Source of the DNA: a virus
Lineage: Duplodnaviria; Heunggongvirae; Uroviricota; Caudoviricetes
Reading direction: 5' to 3' (one strand)
DNA length: 64,000 nucleotides
IMG/VR virus record: IMGVR_UViG_3300028603_000003
Of this stretch, positions 44,501 to 54,309 are shown piece by piece. The translations under genes and the position numbers were made by a program. Each line of letters begins with the position of its first letter. Position 1 is the stretch's first letter. Under the pieces are notes generated by a model. It searched no databases. It was not told the origin of the DNA and saw only the letters and a list, made by a program, of their open reading frames with translations.

Positions 44501-44755
44501 TCCTGTTCCGCCATAGGTAGACTCTACCTTAACAAAAGGCACTGCCAAGTCAGCATAGCTATTACCCGGAATTACTACCGAACCATGCTTGAAAATGTGA
44601 TTACCAAACTTCGCGATTTGGTCGCGAAGAATGGATTGAATCTGTGTTAGCTCTCTGGCTTGAACGGCAACACCGGGCTTGAAAAGAATCTGGTGAAAAT
44701 TCTTAGTACCATCGAAGTCGTCGAAGTAAGGATCGGAATTTAGATTAATTGCCAT
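41498..44755 (-). CDS. Baseplate/virion structural protein, N-terminal half of a DUF4815-type protein
   Basis: N.DPYFDDFD..KNFHQILFKPG.AVQARELTQIQSIL, NY.APGADR, LARRTFDESGNY.V, RFKTGFLVE.F. Confidence 0.8.
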   Translation of the reverse strand: MAINLNSDPYFDDFDGTKNFHQILFKPGVAVQARELTQIQSILRDQIAKFGNHIFKHGSVVIPGNSYADLAVPFVKVESTYGGTGLNLSLYEGKVFVGATSGVEAYIKKTVGEEGADPVTFYLAYTKGSGENIKFSDGEEIYAKENFAIRATVKPSASTGAGSMAFVNAGVYYVNGTFVYTPAQSVVISKYDSLPSCSVLFRIVEEVIDADQDQTLLDPAQGSYNYAAPGADRVQITLVLTTLGLNQPINADFVELMRYNQGNLEEHARNPKYSELEKSLARRTFDESGNYVVQGISPSVREHLKLGTNGGLYEDGDINKFVLEVSPGKAYVEGFEVEKFSRTRIELDKARTPEHIKSDEFSIRPSFGQYILVSNLRGGLGVSSHEQVTLWNDSNAANGSATQLGSAKVLAIDYFAGDVNVTDAVIYKVWVTDLVLNSGTTIESVGGIRFSGSGYGYLVHEFFTPLSSGAYTAGEVVSHSSGRTAVVKYWNPSESKVYLYRADTANEIPKIGDLIVGATSTASSVLESRYSVFVQGTSAAIFELPKQSAYSLKTVGGVYNLTYTSQKELKIVTDGSGDGSVTIATGTIMPIEVGSFSAVYSGGNVSNTKFSLNVTGNTLTLDSGPTNTTVTVYCNVMKTDVSPKTKTKTLHNQVVSSPTAEIVLDKADIVELVSVIDGVGDVTANYNVWDGQTDYEYKKGKLFLKQGRPAPSGSITVSYYYFEHSTSGDFFCIDSYSGEPDYLDTAYVYNSSTSGNTYNLISCLDFRSTVGADDTMGGAGAKRNDLIVPDTAFVSNLRYFVPRIDTLAIDVSGRLNVITGIPDENPVASAVPAGQFALNSIEVPAYTANVYDIFLTRLGAERYRMQDIKGITNRIDRLEEFATLTAEEARISNYEIIDAETGLNRFKTGFLVETFTQPLTIARTTSNEFTTTFIEESLHAGKEKLVCALELDESNSSGYVKKGDYIMLPYTDVVFAQQPLSSRVTNLNPFVAISWNGIMDVVPPVDRWVEIVELPDVFETRTEYVDIPIRTPVPSAGGDIVAGPWEPSVCPKPASDIVAGPQEPTGSGSVNLKSTLPGLILLGYF

Positions 44756-44757
44756 CT

Positions 44758-46830
44758 TTATAGTCTTATGAAAGTTTTGATTGTTACGATCTGACCTTCA
44801 GTGAATGTAAACGGAATCTCATATGATACATACAAGAGTTCTCCAGAAAACTTATTCACGCTTGGGATAGAGTCTAGCGAAATGATTTGATATTCTCTTC
44901 CGTCGAGATTTTCTGTCAAAAACTTTCCGGTTGGAAGATCATAAGATTCGCCAATTTGTTGCATCATTACTACTTTAGTTATGTCGTCGAACGCTACAAC
45001 TTTGTATTTATTTATGCCATTAGTCAATGTTTCGTCAACGACCAAATCATCTGTGGTGTTGAACCTGAACTTGTAAGTGAGAAAGTTTGTTTCACCAGAG
45101 AAGAACCGGTTAGAATTAAAAGAGAATGGGTTTCTAAGAACTCCGAAATTTCTGAAGTCCTGTTGAATCATATTCAAGTCGGTATCTCTAACAAGCGTTG
45201 TGTTAATGGCAACGGTATTTGCGTACAGTTCTTTAGGAGCATTCGATCCGTGGCCCCCTTGTGGAGACAATACAGCGTATGCTTCAGCGTCTTTGTACCC
45301 AAGATAGTTTGGCCTGCTTGGGTCTTCAATGACGATTCTGGTGTAGTTGTATCCCACACCAAAGTTAGTAACGTTAATTGCTTGAATTCTTCCGTCAACA
45401 ATAACAGGGACTGCTGTGCATCCTGTTCCGTTTCCTTCAACAGTCACGGTTGTGTTAAACAAGGAATAGTTTTCTCCCGGCTCAGTAACAACAATTGAAT
45501 AGATAGCCCCTTCTGTTGCGGTCTGTTCTACAATTGATTGGTTGGAGTTGAAGTCTGACTGACTAACGCTAGCCAATAGGTTCGCCCCGACGCCTGTGCC
45601 GACTACGTTAATTGTTGCGTAGGTATAGTTTATGCCCCTGTTTTCGACAACAACAGCAACAATTCTCCCATCATAGATTACTGGAGAGAATGCTGCGCCT
45701 TCCCCGTCGCCTTGGACCACCAACTGTGTGCTAGTATCTGTGCGATAATTGATTCCGGGGTCTTCAATCGTGACCTCCACAATCCTTCCTTCGTGCTCAA
45801 TAGCTTTTAGAATTGCGGTAGGGTTTCCGTACTTTCCCGTTCCTACGTTGACGCTCTCTGCGTCGATAACTGTAATTGTAGGGTCTGAAACGTATCCAGC
45901 ACCTTCATCGACAATTGTGACTCCAGATATGCTACCGTCCACTCTAGAAACGTGTGGAACTAAAATTCCGCCCCCGACTCTGAATTGTATTGTATCGGTT
46001 GGAAGATATCCAATTCCAGCCTCTTCGACTGTCACCTCAGTAATTTCTCCAGCGACGATGACAGGAACAAGAACAGCGCCAGAGCCTGTAGAAGTCCACA
46101 GATCAATCTTTACCCCTTTCGTATACCCAGAGCCGCCATCAGCGATTGTGACGCTCAGAATCTCTCCTAGCGGCCCTACAACGATAGTTCCTGTTGCTCC
46201 GCTACCTGTAGTAGACCCTGTCAGTTGAATTACTGTTAGCTGAACGTCGGCATATCCTTCACCTGATTCCAAAATAGATACTTCGTCAATTGCTCCCTGA
46301 TTGTAGAAGCTGTCGGACAAAGCTCTTTGAACCGGCATGAACTCCACACTCGCAAACTTATTTCGTTTGAACGGTGGAATGTTGTACATGTACTTCCAAA
46401 TGTACCCATCTGAAGTTTTAAATGGGAAGAACGACTGCCCTGTAGGTTCATGCGTCGATGGCGCTCCGTGTGCATTATGCAGACACTTATAGACATTCTC
46501 TTCAGAATTCACACAATAGAATGCAGACTCTTTCAAGTCTTTTTTGTGGTCCCATTGCTCGTAGACAGTGTCAGTTTCCCAGACGTGCCTTTTGGTTACA
46601 AGAGAAACGTCAGAAGGGTTAATGCGTTTTAGATAAAGCATTTCTCCTCTGATCAAATCGTCATACTCTTGAGTAGTTGGAATTGGGTCTGTAGGAGGAA
46701 TATCACTCGCACTCCAAGGATCAACTTTCCCCAAGAAATAATAGTAGTTTGCTCGCTTGTATAGAATATCGTTTGCCAACGAATCGGCGACAAACGTATG
46801 AAAATCATTTCTGATAGATTGTTGAGTCAT
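44758..46830 (-). CDS. gp8: Baseplate wedge subunit gp8-like with V.I...G.GY repeat insertion
   Basis: YY.FLGKV.PW, VYKCLHN...PST.EPTG, DGY.WKYMY.I, FMPV, LSP.GGHG.N...EL. Confidence 0.85.
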   Translation of the reverse strand: MTQQSIRNDFHTFVADSLANDILYKRANYYYFLGKVDPWSASDIPPTDPIPTTQEYDDLIRGEMLYLKRINPSDVSLVTKRHVWETDTVYEQWDHKKDLKESAFYCVNSEENVYKCLHNAHGAPSTHEPTGQSFFPFKTSDGYIWKYMYNIPPFKRNKFASVEFMPVQRALSDSFYNQGAIDEVSILESGEGYADVQLTVIQLTGSTTGSGATGTIVVGPLGEILSVTIADGGSGYTKGVKIDLWTSTGSGAVLVPVIVAGEITEVTVEEAGIGYLPTDTIQFRVGGGILVPHVSRVDGSISGVTIVDEGAGYVSDPTITVIDAESVNVGTGKYGNPTAILKAIEHEGRIVEVTIEDPGINYRTDTSTQLVVQGDGEGAAFSPVIYDGRIVAVVVENRGINYTYATINVVGTGVGANLLASVSQSDFNSNQSIVEQTATEGAIYSIVVTEPGENYSLFNTTVTVEGNGTGCTAVPVIVDGRIQAINVTNFGVGYNYTRIVIEDPSRPNYLGYKDAEAYAVLSPQGGHGSNAPKELYANTVAINTTLVRDTDLNMIQQDFRNFGVLRNPFSFNSNRFFSGETNFLTYKFRFNTTDDLVVDETLTNGINKYKVVAFDDITKVVMMQQIGESYDLPTGKFLTENLDGREYQIISLDSIPSVNKFSGELLYVSYEIPFTFTEGQIVTIKTFIRL

Positions 46831-46851
46831 ATTCCTCTAACCTTGGATTTA

Positions 46852-47292
46852 TTAGTTTGCAGTAACAGTCCAAACAATAGTGATTGTGTCAAACGCAGAT
46901 TTGTTTACAACTGGGAAAACAGTTCGGCATAGCATTGAACCGGCAGTTACATCGTTAAAAATTCCTGCCTCGGTGATTGCTCCTGTTCCTACTCCGGGAG
47001 CAAATACTGCTGTATATTGAACTGAAGGGCCGGTAACAGTTGTGTTTGTGATCGCGGCTCGACCAGCTTCTGCTAGCAGTGCGGTGTGTGCGGCGATTGG
47101 TTCTACAGTGCTAGTGCCAATTGCCATGTGCGACATTGCGGCAGCACCGCCGTTTCCTAGCCTACTAGCAACAACTTCTTTGCCTGTTGACACTACTAGG
47201 TTATGTGTGTCGATTTTTTGTTTTACATTTCCATCGGGTCCGGTAAGAACGATTGAAAGTGTGCCAGTCATTTTGATTGAATCGTTTAGCAT
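46852..47292 (-). CDS. Conserved virion structural protein
   Basis: NLVV..G...ASRL......SHMAIGT...L..E.GR...F..G.GTGAITEAGIFN....G.ML.RTVF.VVNK pattern. Confidence 0.6.
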   Translation of the reverse strand: MLNDSIKMTGTLSIVLTGPDGNVKQKIDTHNLVVSTGKEVVASRLGNGGAAAMSHMAIGTSTVEPIAAHTALLAEAGRAAITNTTVTGPSVQYTAVFAPGVGTGAITEAGIFNDVTAGSMLCRTVFPVVNKSAFDTITIVWTVTAN

Positions 47293-47328
47293 TTTTGCTC
47301 CTTGAAATTATTGATTCAGTTTAACTAT

Positions 47329-49170
47329 TTATTCGACACTTATCTGGATGTGTGTCTCGTTGGGGTTGGTATAGTTTTCTGCGAAATATTCGTCAACATA
47401 TTCACCGACGATGTCATAAACTTCGAAGCCGTCATCTAGATAAAAGCTTGTTGACTTTGCTGCATTTTCCGAAATAACCACGGCGTCAGAAAGAACTGAT
47501 ATAACTTGTCTTTCCAATTGGTCGTCGTTGATTCCAACAACGTCATTCAAAACAACTTCAGATGATTTTGTTGTCGAGTCCTCAAAATCAACGCCATCAT
47601 ATTTGTACAGCCCAACGCTTCTATTTGAAGACTCGCTAATGTTAATCTCATCTGTCTTTGCGAGAGAGTTTATCTTGTAGAGTGAGTCGCTGAAAGATTC
47701 AATTGAATCTTCTTTGTATAGTGTTGGGTTATTTGCAATTTGCTCTTCGACGTTAATGACATCAAACAAGAAAAGTCTCTCGTTTGAAATTGTTCTGGAT
47801 ATTGATATGTCTCCGGTAAAGTCCGCAATTGTTTGTTTGTTAGAATTGAAGAAGGGCTTTAGTCCTGCTGGCCCGATTAGCTCTTCGATTGGCCCCATCT
47901 GGTTCATATCTGAAGAAGTGTCTATCAAATAAGAAAACACTTGATAGAAGTAATTGTCTTGCAGTCTTATGAATGGGTTAGATAGCTTGCCTCTGTCTCC
48001 CTCCCAATAACCAACAAGCGAGGTTTTCGGTTGGAACTCAAACTCCAAGGAAGTTCTAGACTCTAGCCAAGTTGAATATGAAACTTCTTGAACAATTTGC
48101 GGGAATGTGACTATAACATCATCGTACTCAATTACTACCTTTCCTGTGTAATCCTCAGAAATATAATTCTCCAAAAAGTAAGAATCCGCTGTTCCCGCGT
48201 CGTTTGCAAATCCTCTTATACTTTCAGTTACCGAATCGATGATGTCCAGAATCTCAATGTTGTGAGAATATGTCAGCGGAGATACAGAAGTAATAACAGA
48301 ATCGATTGTGACCACGCTACTTTGAGGTGGCTTCCTGAATGGAGAAACATAGTATATGGTTCCGGGCAGGTGTTGATACCCATACTCCAAAACTTCGAGT
48401 GCTTTTAGCTCTCCGTTGTCTCCAACCCTAGTGACTCTGGCAACACTATTTTTGCCATTTGCCTCGATGGTAACTACTTTACCAATTTGCCAATACTTTC
48501 CTTCTGCAATTACTTTTACTTTCGCAGGAGAATTTCTCACAGTGCCAGTAAAGATTACGTTTCCGTTGTTGTCAATTGCTTCAACTTTGTCACCAGTGTA
48601 GATGTCAACTCTGTATGTGAAGTTGAAGTAAGCTCTATAAGTTGATGCCGAAGTTCTTTCAATCCTTGTTGGGAATGCATCTGTTGTGTTGTCTTCGTGT
48701 GTGACAGCTAATTTGAAGTCAACATTATCTAGAGGCAATGATCCGCTGACAGTGTTCATTGTGATGAAGCTTTCTTGCACCCAACGACCATCTGACGCCC
48801 GAAGAATTTGTTCTCTTGGGTAAGAGATAATAATCTCTTCGTTGAAGAGCATTCTAAACAAAATTCTGAATGCTTCTTCGGTTCCCTTTGCCGCATAGAG
48901 AGACTTTAGATTAGAAGCAAAAACTTTAGAATCCTTCATTGCGATGCTCAATGGTAAAGCGAGTTCTTGCTTGAGTTTGAGCAAGAACTCGGGGTCCATA
49001 TCGTCAATGTCGGTGTTGTATAGAAGCTTCGACAAAGAGCCAACTGCACCAGAACCTTGCTCCATGAATTCGTAATAATTCTTTAAGAACTGCACGAAAA
49101 TTGGATAGTCTTCTCTGATGTGGTTTGGAATCTGAGATGCTACTACAGTTGAAATTTTCTTGTTAGTCAT
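47329..49170 (-). CDS. gp7: Baseplate wedge initiator gp7-like
   Basis: V.SQIP..IREDYP.FV.FLK.YYEF.E, Y.AKGT..AF..LFR.L.NE, LQDNYFYQ.FSY; follows gp6. Confidence 0.65.
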   Translation of the reverse strand: MTNKKISTVVASQIPNHIREDYPIFVQFLKNYYEFMEQGSGAVGSLSKLLYNTDIDDMDPEFLLKLKQELALPLSIAMKDSKVFASNLKSLYAAKGTEEAFRILFRMLFNEEIIISYPREQILRASDGRWVQESFITMNTVSGSLPLDNVDFKLAVTHEDNTTDAFPTRIERTSASTYRAYFNFTYRVDIYTGDKVEAIDNNGNVIFTGTVRNSPAKVKVIAEGKYWQIGKVVTIEANGKNSVARVTRVGDNGELKALEVLEYGYQHLPGTIYYVSPFRKPPQSSVVTIDSVITSVSPLTYSHNIEILDIIDSVTESIRGFANDAGTADSYFLENYISEDYTGKVVIEYDDVIVTFPQIVQEVSYSTWLESRTSLEFEFQPKTSLVGYWEGDRGKLSNPFIRLQDNYFYQVFSYLIDTSSDMNQMGPIEELIGPAGLKPFFNSNKQTIADFTGDISISRTISNERLFLFDVINVEEQIANNPTLYKEDSIESFSDSLYKINSLAKTDEINISESSNRSVGLYKYDGVDFEDSTTKSSEVVLNDVVGINDDQLERQVISVLSDAVVISENAAKSTSFYLDDGFEVYDIVGEYVDEYFAENYTNPNETHIQISVE

Positions 49171-50956
49171 CTGTTAACTCTAATTTTACCTCAGAAATAC
49201 CTTGCTTCCTGTTTATAGCAAAAAGCGCAGAACTCTTATCCAAAAGGATGATCTGATTTCTGACAGTTGTTACGTCGATGTTTGTTGAATTGTAGTAGAA
49301 GTAAATCAAGTTATTATTGTATGGGATAGAGTCATACAGAAAAGCACTGATTTTCAACTTACCAGAATCATAATCCAAAGTGCCAATGGCAGGGATCAAA
49401 GTTTCCTTAGTCTGATAGTTTACAAGATTGATCTTACCATTACCATCTTCAATGAAGTATCCAAGATAAATCTTGTTTGCAACGTTTACATTGAAAGCGG
49501 TTGAATAGAAAGAACCCTTCTGAATCTTTTGACTGAGCGTGGTGTCAACTTGACTAAACACACCTAACAGCGGAGCGTGAGTTTTCATCAATCTCAATTT
49601 CACCGAAGACCCGACAATGGAGCTATCCAAATTATCAATTGCTCTCGTCAGTCTAGACATAATCAGATTTGTACCAAAGCTTTCCAACCCTTCGAAGTAT
49701 TGTGTTACGCCGTTTACAACAATTGACTTCAGTTGCTCTTCGGTTCTTGTCATATCAGTTCTGTTGGCTCTGACAGAAATATCAACTCCAACATAGGTGT
49801 ATATCGGGTCAACAAATTCTGGAGTGATAGACATAACTCTCTTTTTCTTCAGGTCCGCTAGAATCAAATCCTTTATTGAGTCGGACAAAAACTCTCCAGT
49901 CGAAGGTCTACCACAAATAAAAACCTTTCCATATACGGGAGGTGAATTATCTTCTCCACCCCAGACCACTACACTAGAAATTTCTGGGAAGTTTTTGTGA
50001 ATGTAAACTTCGTAGTCACTGGCAGTCACAAGCCGTTCTTGGGCTGCATAGGCTTTGGGCGCATAGAACTTTACGGAATCGACTCCCTCTTTCGCCGAAC
50101 CCCCAACAGCAGCCGATTTGGCGATAACTGTTACGTTGTTGTATCCGTCAACAGAACCAATAGAAAAGAACTTTGCTCCGTTTGGCGCACCCAGACTTGG
50201 CTTTATGTATTCAATGTGAACAATGTTTCCGTCTTCCAAACTTTTTCCAAGAAATCCATCCCCAAAGTAAATTTCATATCGACCACGGTAGTTTTCTTGA
50301 ACCCAATAGACTTTGGATTCGCCATTGACGTTTGCCAGTCCATCCGCAATCTCATAGTTCTCGGTGGTGTTATCTGTCAGAGAAGTCTGAACTCTCACGG
50401 TCAACAAAGAAGTGTCAACATCTTCTGAAGGAATCTCAAAAATCAGATTCGGATTAACCGAAGTGTCAACAGTATAGTTGTAACTTAAAGTTGCACCTTC
50501 TTTTAACACAACGTCTGTAAATTTGTATTGACCGTCTTTCAAAGAGGTTTGTGTTGAAGACATTACATAGAAAGCATATTGTTGACCTTCGTTGTTCGTT
50601 AGAAGTCGAGTCCCTTTCTGGAGTGTAATGTACTCTGGGGAGTCAGTCGGAACCACAACAATGTCAACGATTGCTGTGGCCGATCTGGCTGACCTTGGTG
50701 TGTAGCCCAAGGTTTTCGCTCTGGATACAACCGAAGACCTTTTGATTGCAGAATCCAAGAACGACTCATTCATGATCATATTGGCATAGTAGGCATTGTA
50801 GTGCGTGTTATACGCCAACACGTTTAGAAGAACCGTAAGAGCAGACCCTTCAAAATTGTAGTCTGTAAATTGATCTTGAGATTTCAGATACTCTTTCAGA
50901 TTATCTTTGATCCGATCAAAGTCCAATTCTGTGATGTTTAGTTTTTTGCTTGCCAT
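49163..50956 (-). CDS. gp6: Baseplate wedge subunit
   Basis: ELDFD.IK.NLK.YL..Q..F.DYNFEGS, ESFLDSA..RSSVVS.AK.LGY.PRS, ERLVTA.DY, VWGGE.N.PP.YGKVFI. Confidence 0.96.
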   Translation of the reverse strand: MASKKLNITELDFDRIKDNLKEYLKSQDQFTDYNFEGSALTVLLNVLAYNTHYNAYYANMIMNESFLDSAIKRSSVVSRAKTLGYTPRSARSATAIVDIVVVPTDSPEYITLQKGTRLLTNNEGQQYAFYVMSSTQTSLKDGQYKFTDVVLKEGATLSYNYTVDTSVNPNLIFEIPSEDVDTSLLTVRVQTSLTDNTTENYEIADGLANVNGESKVYWVQENYRGRYEIYFGDGFLGKSLEDGNIVHIEYIKPSLGAPNGAKFFSIGSVDGYNNVTVIAKSAAVGGSAKEGVDSVKFYAPKAYAAQERLVTASDYEVYIHKNFPEISSVVVWGGEDNSPPVYGKVFICGRPSTGEFLSDSIKDLILADLKKKRVMSITPEFVDPIYTYVGVDISVRANRTDMTRTEEQLKSIVVNGVTQYFEGLESFGTNLIMSRLTRAIDNLDSSIVGSSVKLRLMKTHAPLLGVFSQVDTTLSQKIQKGSFYSTAFNVNVANKIYLGYFIEDGNGKINLVNYQTKETLIPAIGTLDYDSGKLKISAFLYDSIPYNNNLIYFYYNSTNIDVTTVRNQIILLDKSSALFAINRKQGISEVKLELTDD

Positions 50957-50959
50957 ATT

Positions 50960-51364
50960 TTATCTTGTTCTTTCTAGTAGAAAACTTAATGTGATTGGCT
51001 CAGATACGTTAACCATCTTAAACACGACTGCAATTGTAATCTGATTCCTTGAGGGGCTTGCCTCGAATAAAACATCCCTAATCTCCGCTCTAGGTTCGTA
51101 GTTCAGGATGACGTTGGATACTTCTTGCGCCACAATGTTCTTCATCGCGTTATTGTAGTTTTCGAACAGTTGGCTAGACAGAGAAGAGCCGATTTCTGGA
51201 TGAAAAGGAACTTCAAAGTTTCTTGTCAACAGAAGGTTTTTTATAGCGAACTTGACAGCCTCTTCATCCGACTTTACAGTAACGTCGTCAGTTATTGGGT
51301 GTTTTGTGAACGAGAGGTTCAAATCCTTGAACCTCTTTACCTGTTTGTTTACAATGTATGACAT
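50960..51364 (-). CDS. gp25: Baseplate wedge subunit
   Basis: FKDLNLSF.KHP.T.DV, AVK.AI.NLLLT...E.PF.P..GS, NYEPR. Confidence 0.93.
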   Translation of the reverse strand: MSYIVNKQVKRFKDLNLSFTKHPITDDVTVKSDEEAVKFAIKNLLLTRNFEVPFHPEIGSSLSSQLFENYNNAMKNIVAQEVSNVILNYEPRAEIRDVLFEASPSRNQITIAVVFKMVNVSEPITLSFLLERTR

Positions 51365-51393
51365 GCTTTGAAGTTTCCTCTTAATCTGACTAT

Positions 51394-54309
51394 TTATGCC
51401 AACTTGGTTAAACCGTCAGAATGCTTTTTGTGGTTGAAAAAGGTCATCACTTGATTCTTGTTTTGACTTGGAGTTCTGGACAGAGATACATGAATCCATG
51501 GATTCGTAGTTCCAAAGTTCTTGTACTCCAATAGCAATTGCTTAAAGCCAACCATTTCTTTGATGTCCTTGGCTATTTGGAAATAATCAGACTTAGTTGC
51601 TCCGACAAATTGCAAATCAACAGCCTGACCCAAAACGTGATCTGAAATCTTAGCTCCGCTATTTTTGTGTCTGAAGCCTGAAGTGACGATCATGTTCGGA
51701 TACTTCCTGAATATCGGCTCAAGGACGTTCAAACAAATGTTCTGAAGATTGGCTACAGCCTCTGCTGCGGATATTCCGTATTGATCGCGGACTGAATTCT
51801 TAGTTACCGCAGTCTTACTAGAAACCTGCCCCAAAGTAAAGTTTGGAGAAAGCCTCATATTGTCGGGGTAGTTTTCCACGCTGTTGATGGTTTCAAAGTC
51901 AACAGGAATCAAACTCTTAGAAACAAGATTGTTAGAGGTGTCTCTCTCAATTTCTACTGGGGATGCATTTAGCTGTTCAATTGTCGCACTTCCAGAAGAA
52001 ACCATGTTGTTAACATAACTATTGTACTCTTCAGAATTTTCAGTCTCTTCTTCTGTTTCGAAGTGGTAAGCACTTGCTTCGATTCGTGTGTTAGGGCGAA
52101 GAGCTTCTAGAGTAGACAAGTTTATGTCCCTTCTTGATTCTTCTGTAACTCCAAAATCAGCACCCAAAGAAACAATAGAAACAAAATCTTCTGCTTTGGA
52201 TTCTTTGTTTTGCATGCTAACGTTTTCGGCGTCACCCAAGATGTTAGCAGCCTTAAAGGAAATATCTCCACCTGCCCTTAACCAAGCCTCTCCGTTTGCA
52301 GACACTCGGTGATCTGCCAAGGTTTTATTGTTGTAGTTTGTAGATGTAACGTTGATGTCTAGCTCAGCCGTAGCCACAATATCTGTTTTAGCCAAAAGAT
52401 CAATTGAAGTATCAGAGTCAAAAACAATTTTGTTTGCCTTCAACGTCAAAGTTTCTTTCGCCGACATGTCGATATTTCCAGAGGCTTTCACAGAAATGTC
52501 GTTGTACCCAATAACTGTAGTATCTCCAGTAGTCTCAATGTTTGTGTTTCCGTAAGAGTAAATGTTTACTGATCCATTTACAGTTAGGTTACAATTGCCA
52601 CCAACAAAAACATTCCCATTTCTTTCGATAATTTCATAACCGTCCCCCACAATTTTTCTAACCATAGTGCCATTGTTGTCTATTTCAACAAAGGTTCCTG
52701 CTCTATGATAAACGTGGATTCTTTCTGATCCGGGAGTGTCGTCAACTTCTATTACATGTCCAGCTTCAGATTGACTGACATGGTTGTATGGATACTTGGA
52801 AGCATAGGGAACTTCTGGCTGATTCCAAGTTCCCCCATTGTTGGCAATCACAACCCCACTAGTCAAATCTCTTTTCTTTTTGTCAACAATTGTTTGGTTG
52901 ATCTTGTCATTTCTTGCGAGCCTATTAGTGTCTGGTTCGTTTAGGTGACTTACTAGTGGGTACTTTCCTGCGGGATCGGTGAAGCCAAGGTAGTTAGCCC
53001 TTGCTATTTCAGACAAGTTCTCTTCTTGAAATTCAAAGTCTTGCGCACTATCCTCACGAACGTTAGGAACATATGCGATTGTTGCTTCGCCCGTTGTTCC
53101 TTTTGCCACTGAATTAGACGCAAGCAACCCGTCCTTTGTGGCTCCAGAACTAATGAGAGAAATTAACTTTTGCTTCTCTTTGCTAACTCTGCTGGCCTCG
53201 CTAGGGAATCTGGAAGCTTTCAGGTTATACACCATATTAACAAACTCGGAGTCTGAGACTCGGGTTCTTTTTCCAATAGCATCAACAATCAACTTCACAG
53301 TTCTTGTGTGCCAGAACTGTACAGATGTGCTCCATATGGCGTCTTGAACAGCAGGGCCATTGTCTTCGAAGTTCAGTCCTTTAGATTTTAGAATAGAGAT
53401 TACTGGGTCGTAATACTTTTTCTTGACAAATTGTTGCTGTTCAGATTTGAAGTCTTCTGTGTAGTATTGACCAATTAACTTCCATCTCTCATCAAACTCT
53501 TTGGTCGCAGGGGTCATACCATCAAAAAGTTCTTTGTACTTCGACTGAGCAATGAACTCTTCTACTGGGGATGGCTTGGTCTTCTCCCTGTACTTCCCTG
53601 CGTTCTTAGACGCAGTTAGAGGCACCTGTGAAGGCAAGAAAGAGGCGAACTGGTATGTCCCATAGGAAGCACCTCCTAAATCCCAACTGGCTGCTCCATT
53701 GTAGTCGTTGATTGTTCCCGGTCCTTTGCCTCCACTCTCAAACTCTTCTGATGTCTGCCCCAAAGTCCACTTTACGGGGTTGGTCAATACGGGAGTTGAA
53801 TTGCTTGAAGGGATCGGAGAAAAGTTTTCCTTTTCTCCGACGTTTCCGTTAGACAATTCTCCGACGCCAGACGCCTCAAGATTATTGATCAGTTCCTCTA
53901 TCGGGTCCGAAGATTTAAGTTCGTCTGCAATGTACTCTTGAGGAAAAATTGAAGCGTCATTGAATGTGCTGGAAATCTTTACTGAGTTTTCTTCGCTGTC
54001 AAACGTGTTCAGAACATTAGCTGGAATGCCAATGATGGAACCAAACAACATTGGTTGTTGCTTAGACTCAGGGTCTGTGAAGAATACGATAACCCAAGAG
54101 CCGCTAACAAGCCCTGTCGGGGAGCTACCAATTCCGTTCATAGATGCGCTGGTTACAGGCATGATTGGAGTTGCCCAAGGCAAATCCTTTGTAGGCAACA
54201 TTTGTTTGTTTTCGGTGTGCACACCTATGACTCGAACACGACATCTTCCCAACTTAAGGGGGTCCATGATGTCTTCAACGACTCCAGTATAAAAAACTTG
54301 CTCTGTCAT
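51394..54309 (-). CDS. gp5: Baseplate hub spike gp5 with a VgrG3-like lysozyme domain and a C-terminal M15 peptidase
   Basis: GVVED..DPLKLGRCRVR..G.H OB-fold; GGASYGTYQFAS domain; YPYNHV...E.GH..E.DDTPG.ERI beta-helix; C-terminal TSGFR...SDH..GQAVDL...WIHVS. Confidence 0.93.
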   Translation of the reverse strand: MTEQVFYTGVVEDIMDPLKLGRCRVRVIGVHTENKQMLPTKDLPWATPIMPVTSASMNGIGSSPTGLVSGSWVIVFFTDPESKQQPMLFGSIIGIPANVLNTFDSEENSVKISSTFNDASIFPQEYIADELKSSDPIEELINNLEASGVGELSNGNVGEKENFSPIPSSNSTPVLTNPVKWTLGQTSEEFESGGKGPGTINDYNGAASWDLGGASYGTYQFASFLPSQVPLTASKNAGKYREKTKPSPVEEFIAQSKYKELFDGMTPATKEFDERWKLIGQYYTEDFKSEQQQFVKKKYYDPVISILKSKGLNFEDNGPAVQDAIWSTSVQFWHTRTVKLIVDAIGKRTRVSDSEFVNMVYNLKASRFPSEASRVSKEKQKLISLISSGATKDGLLASNSVAKGTTGEATIAYVPNVREDSAQDFEFQEENLSEIARANYLGFTDPAGKYPLVSHLNEPDTNRLARNDKINQTIVDKKKRDLTSGVVIANNGGTWNQPEVPYASKYPYNHVSQSEAGHVIEVDDTPGSERIHVYHRAGTFVEIDNNGTMVRKIVGDGYEIIERNGNVFVGGNCNLTVNGSVNIYSYGNTNIETTGDTTVIGYNDISVKASGNIDMSAKETLTLKANKIVFDSDTSIDLLAKTDIVATAELDINVTSTNYNNKTLADHRVSANGEAWLRAGGDISFKAANILGDAENVSMQNKESKAEDFVSIVSLGADFGVTEESRRDINLSTLEALRPNTRIEASAYHFETEEETENSEEYNSYVNNMVSSGSATIEQLNASPVEIERDTSNNLVSKSLIPVDFETINSVENYPDNMRLSPNFTLGQVSSKTAVTKNSVRDQYGISAAEAVANLQNICLNVLEPIFRKYPNMIVTSGFRHKNSGAKISDHVLGQAVDLQFVGATKSDYFQIAKDIKEMVGFKQLLLEYKNFGTTNPWIHVSLSRTPSQNKNQVMTFFNHKKHSDGLTKLA

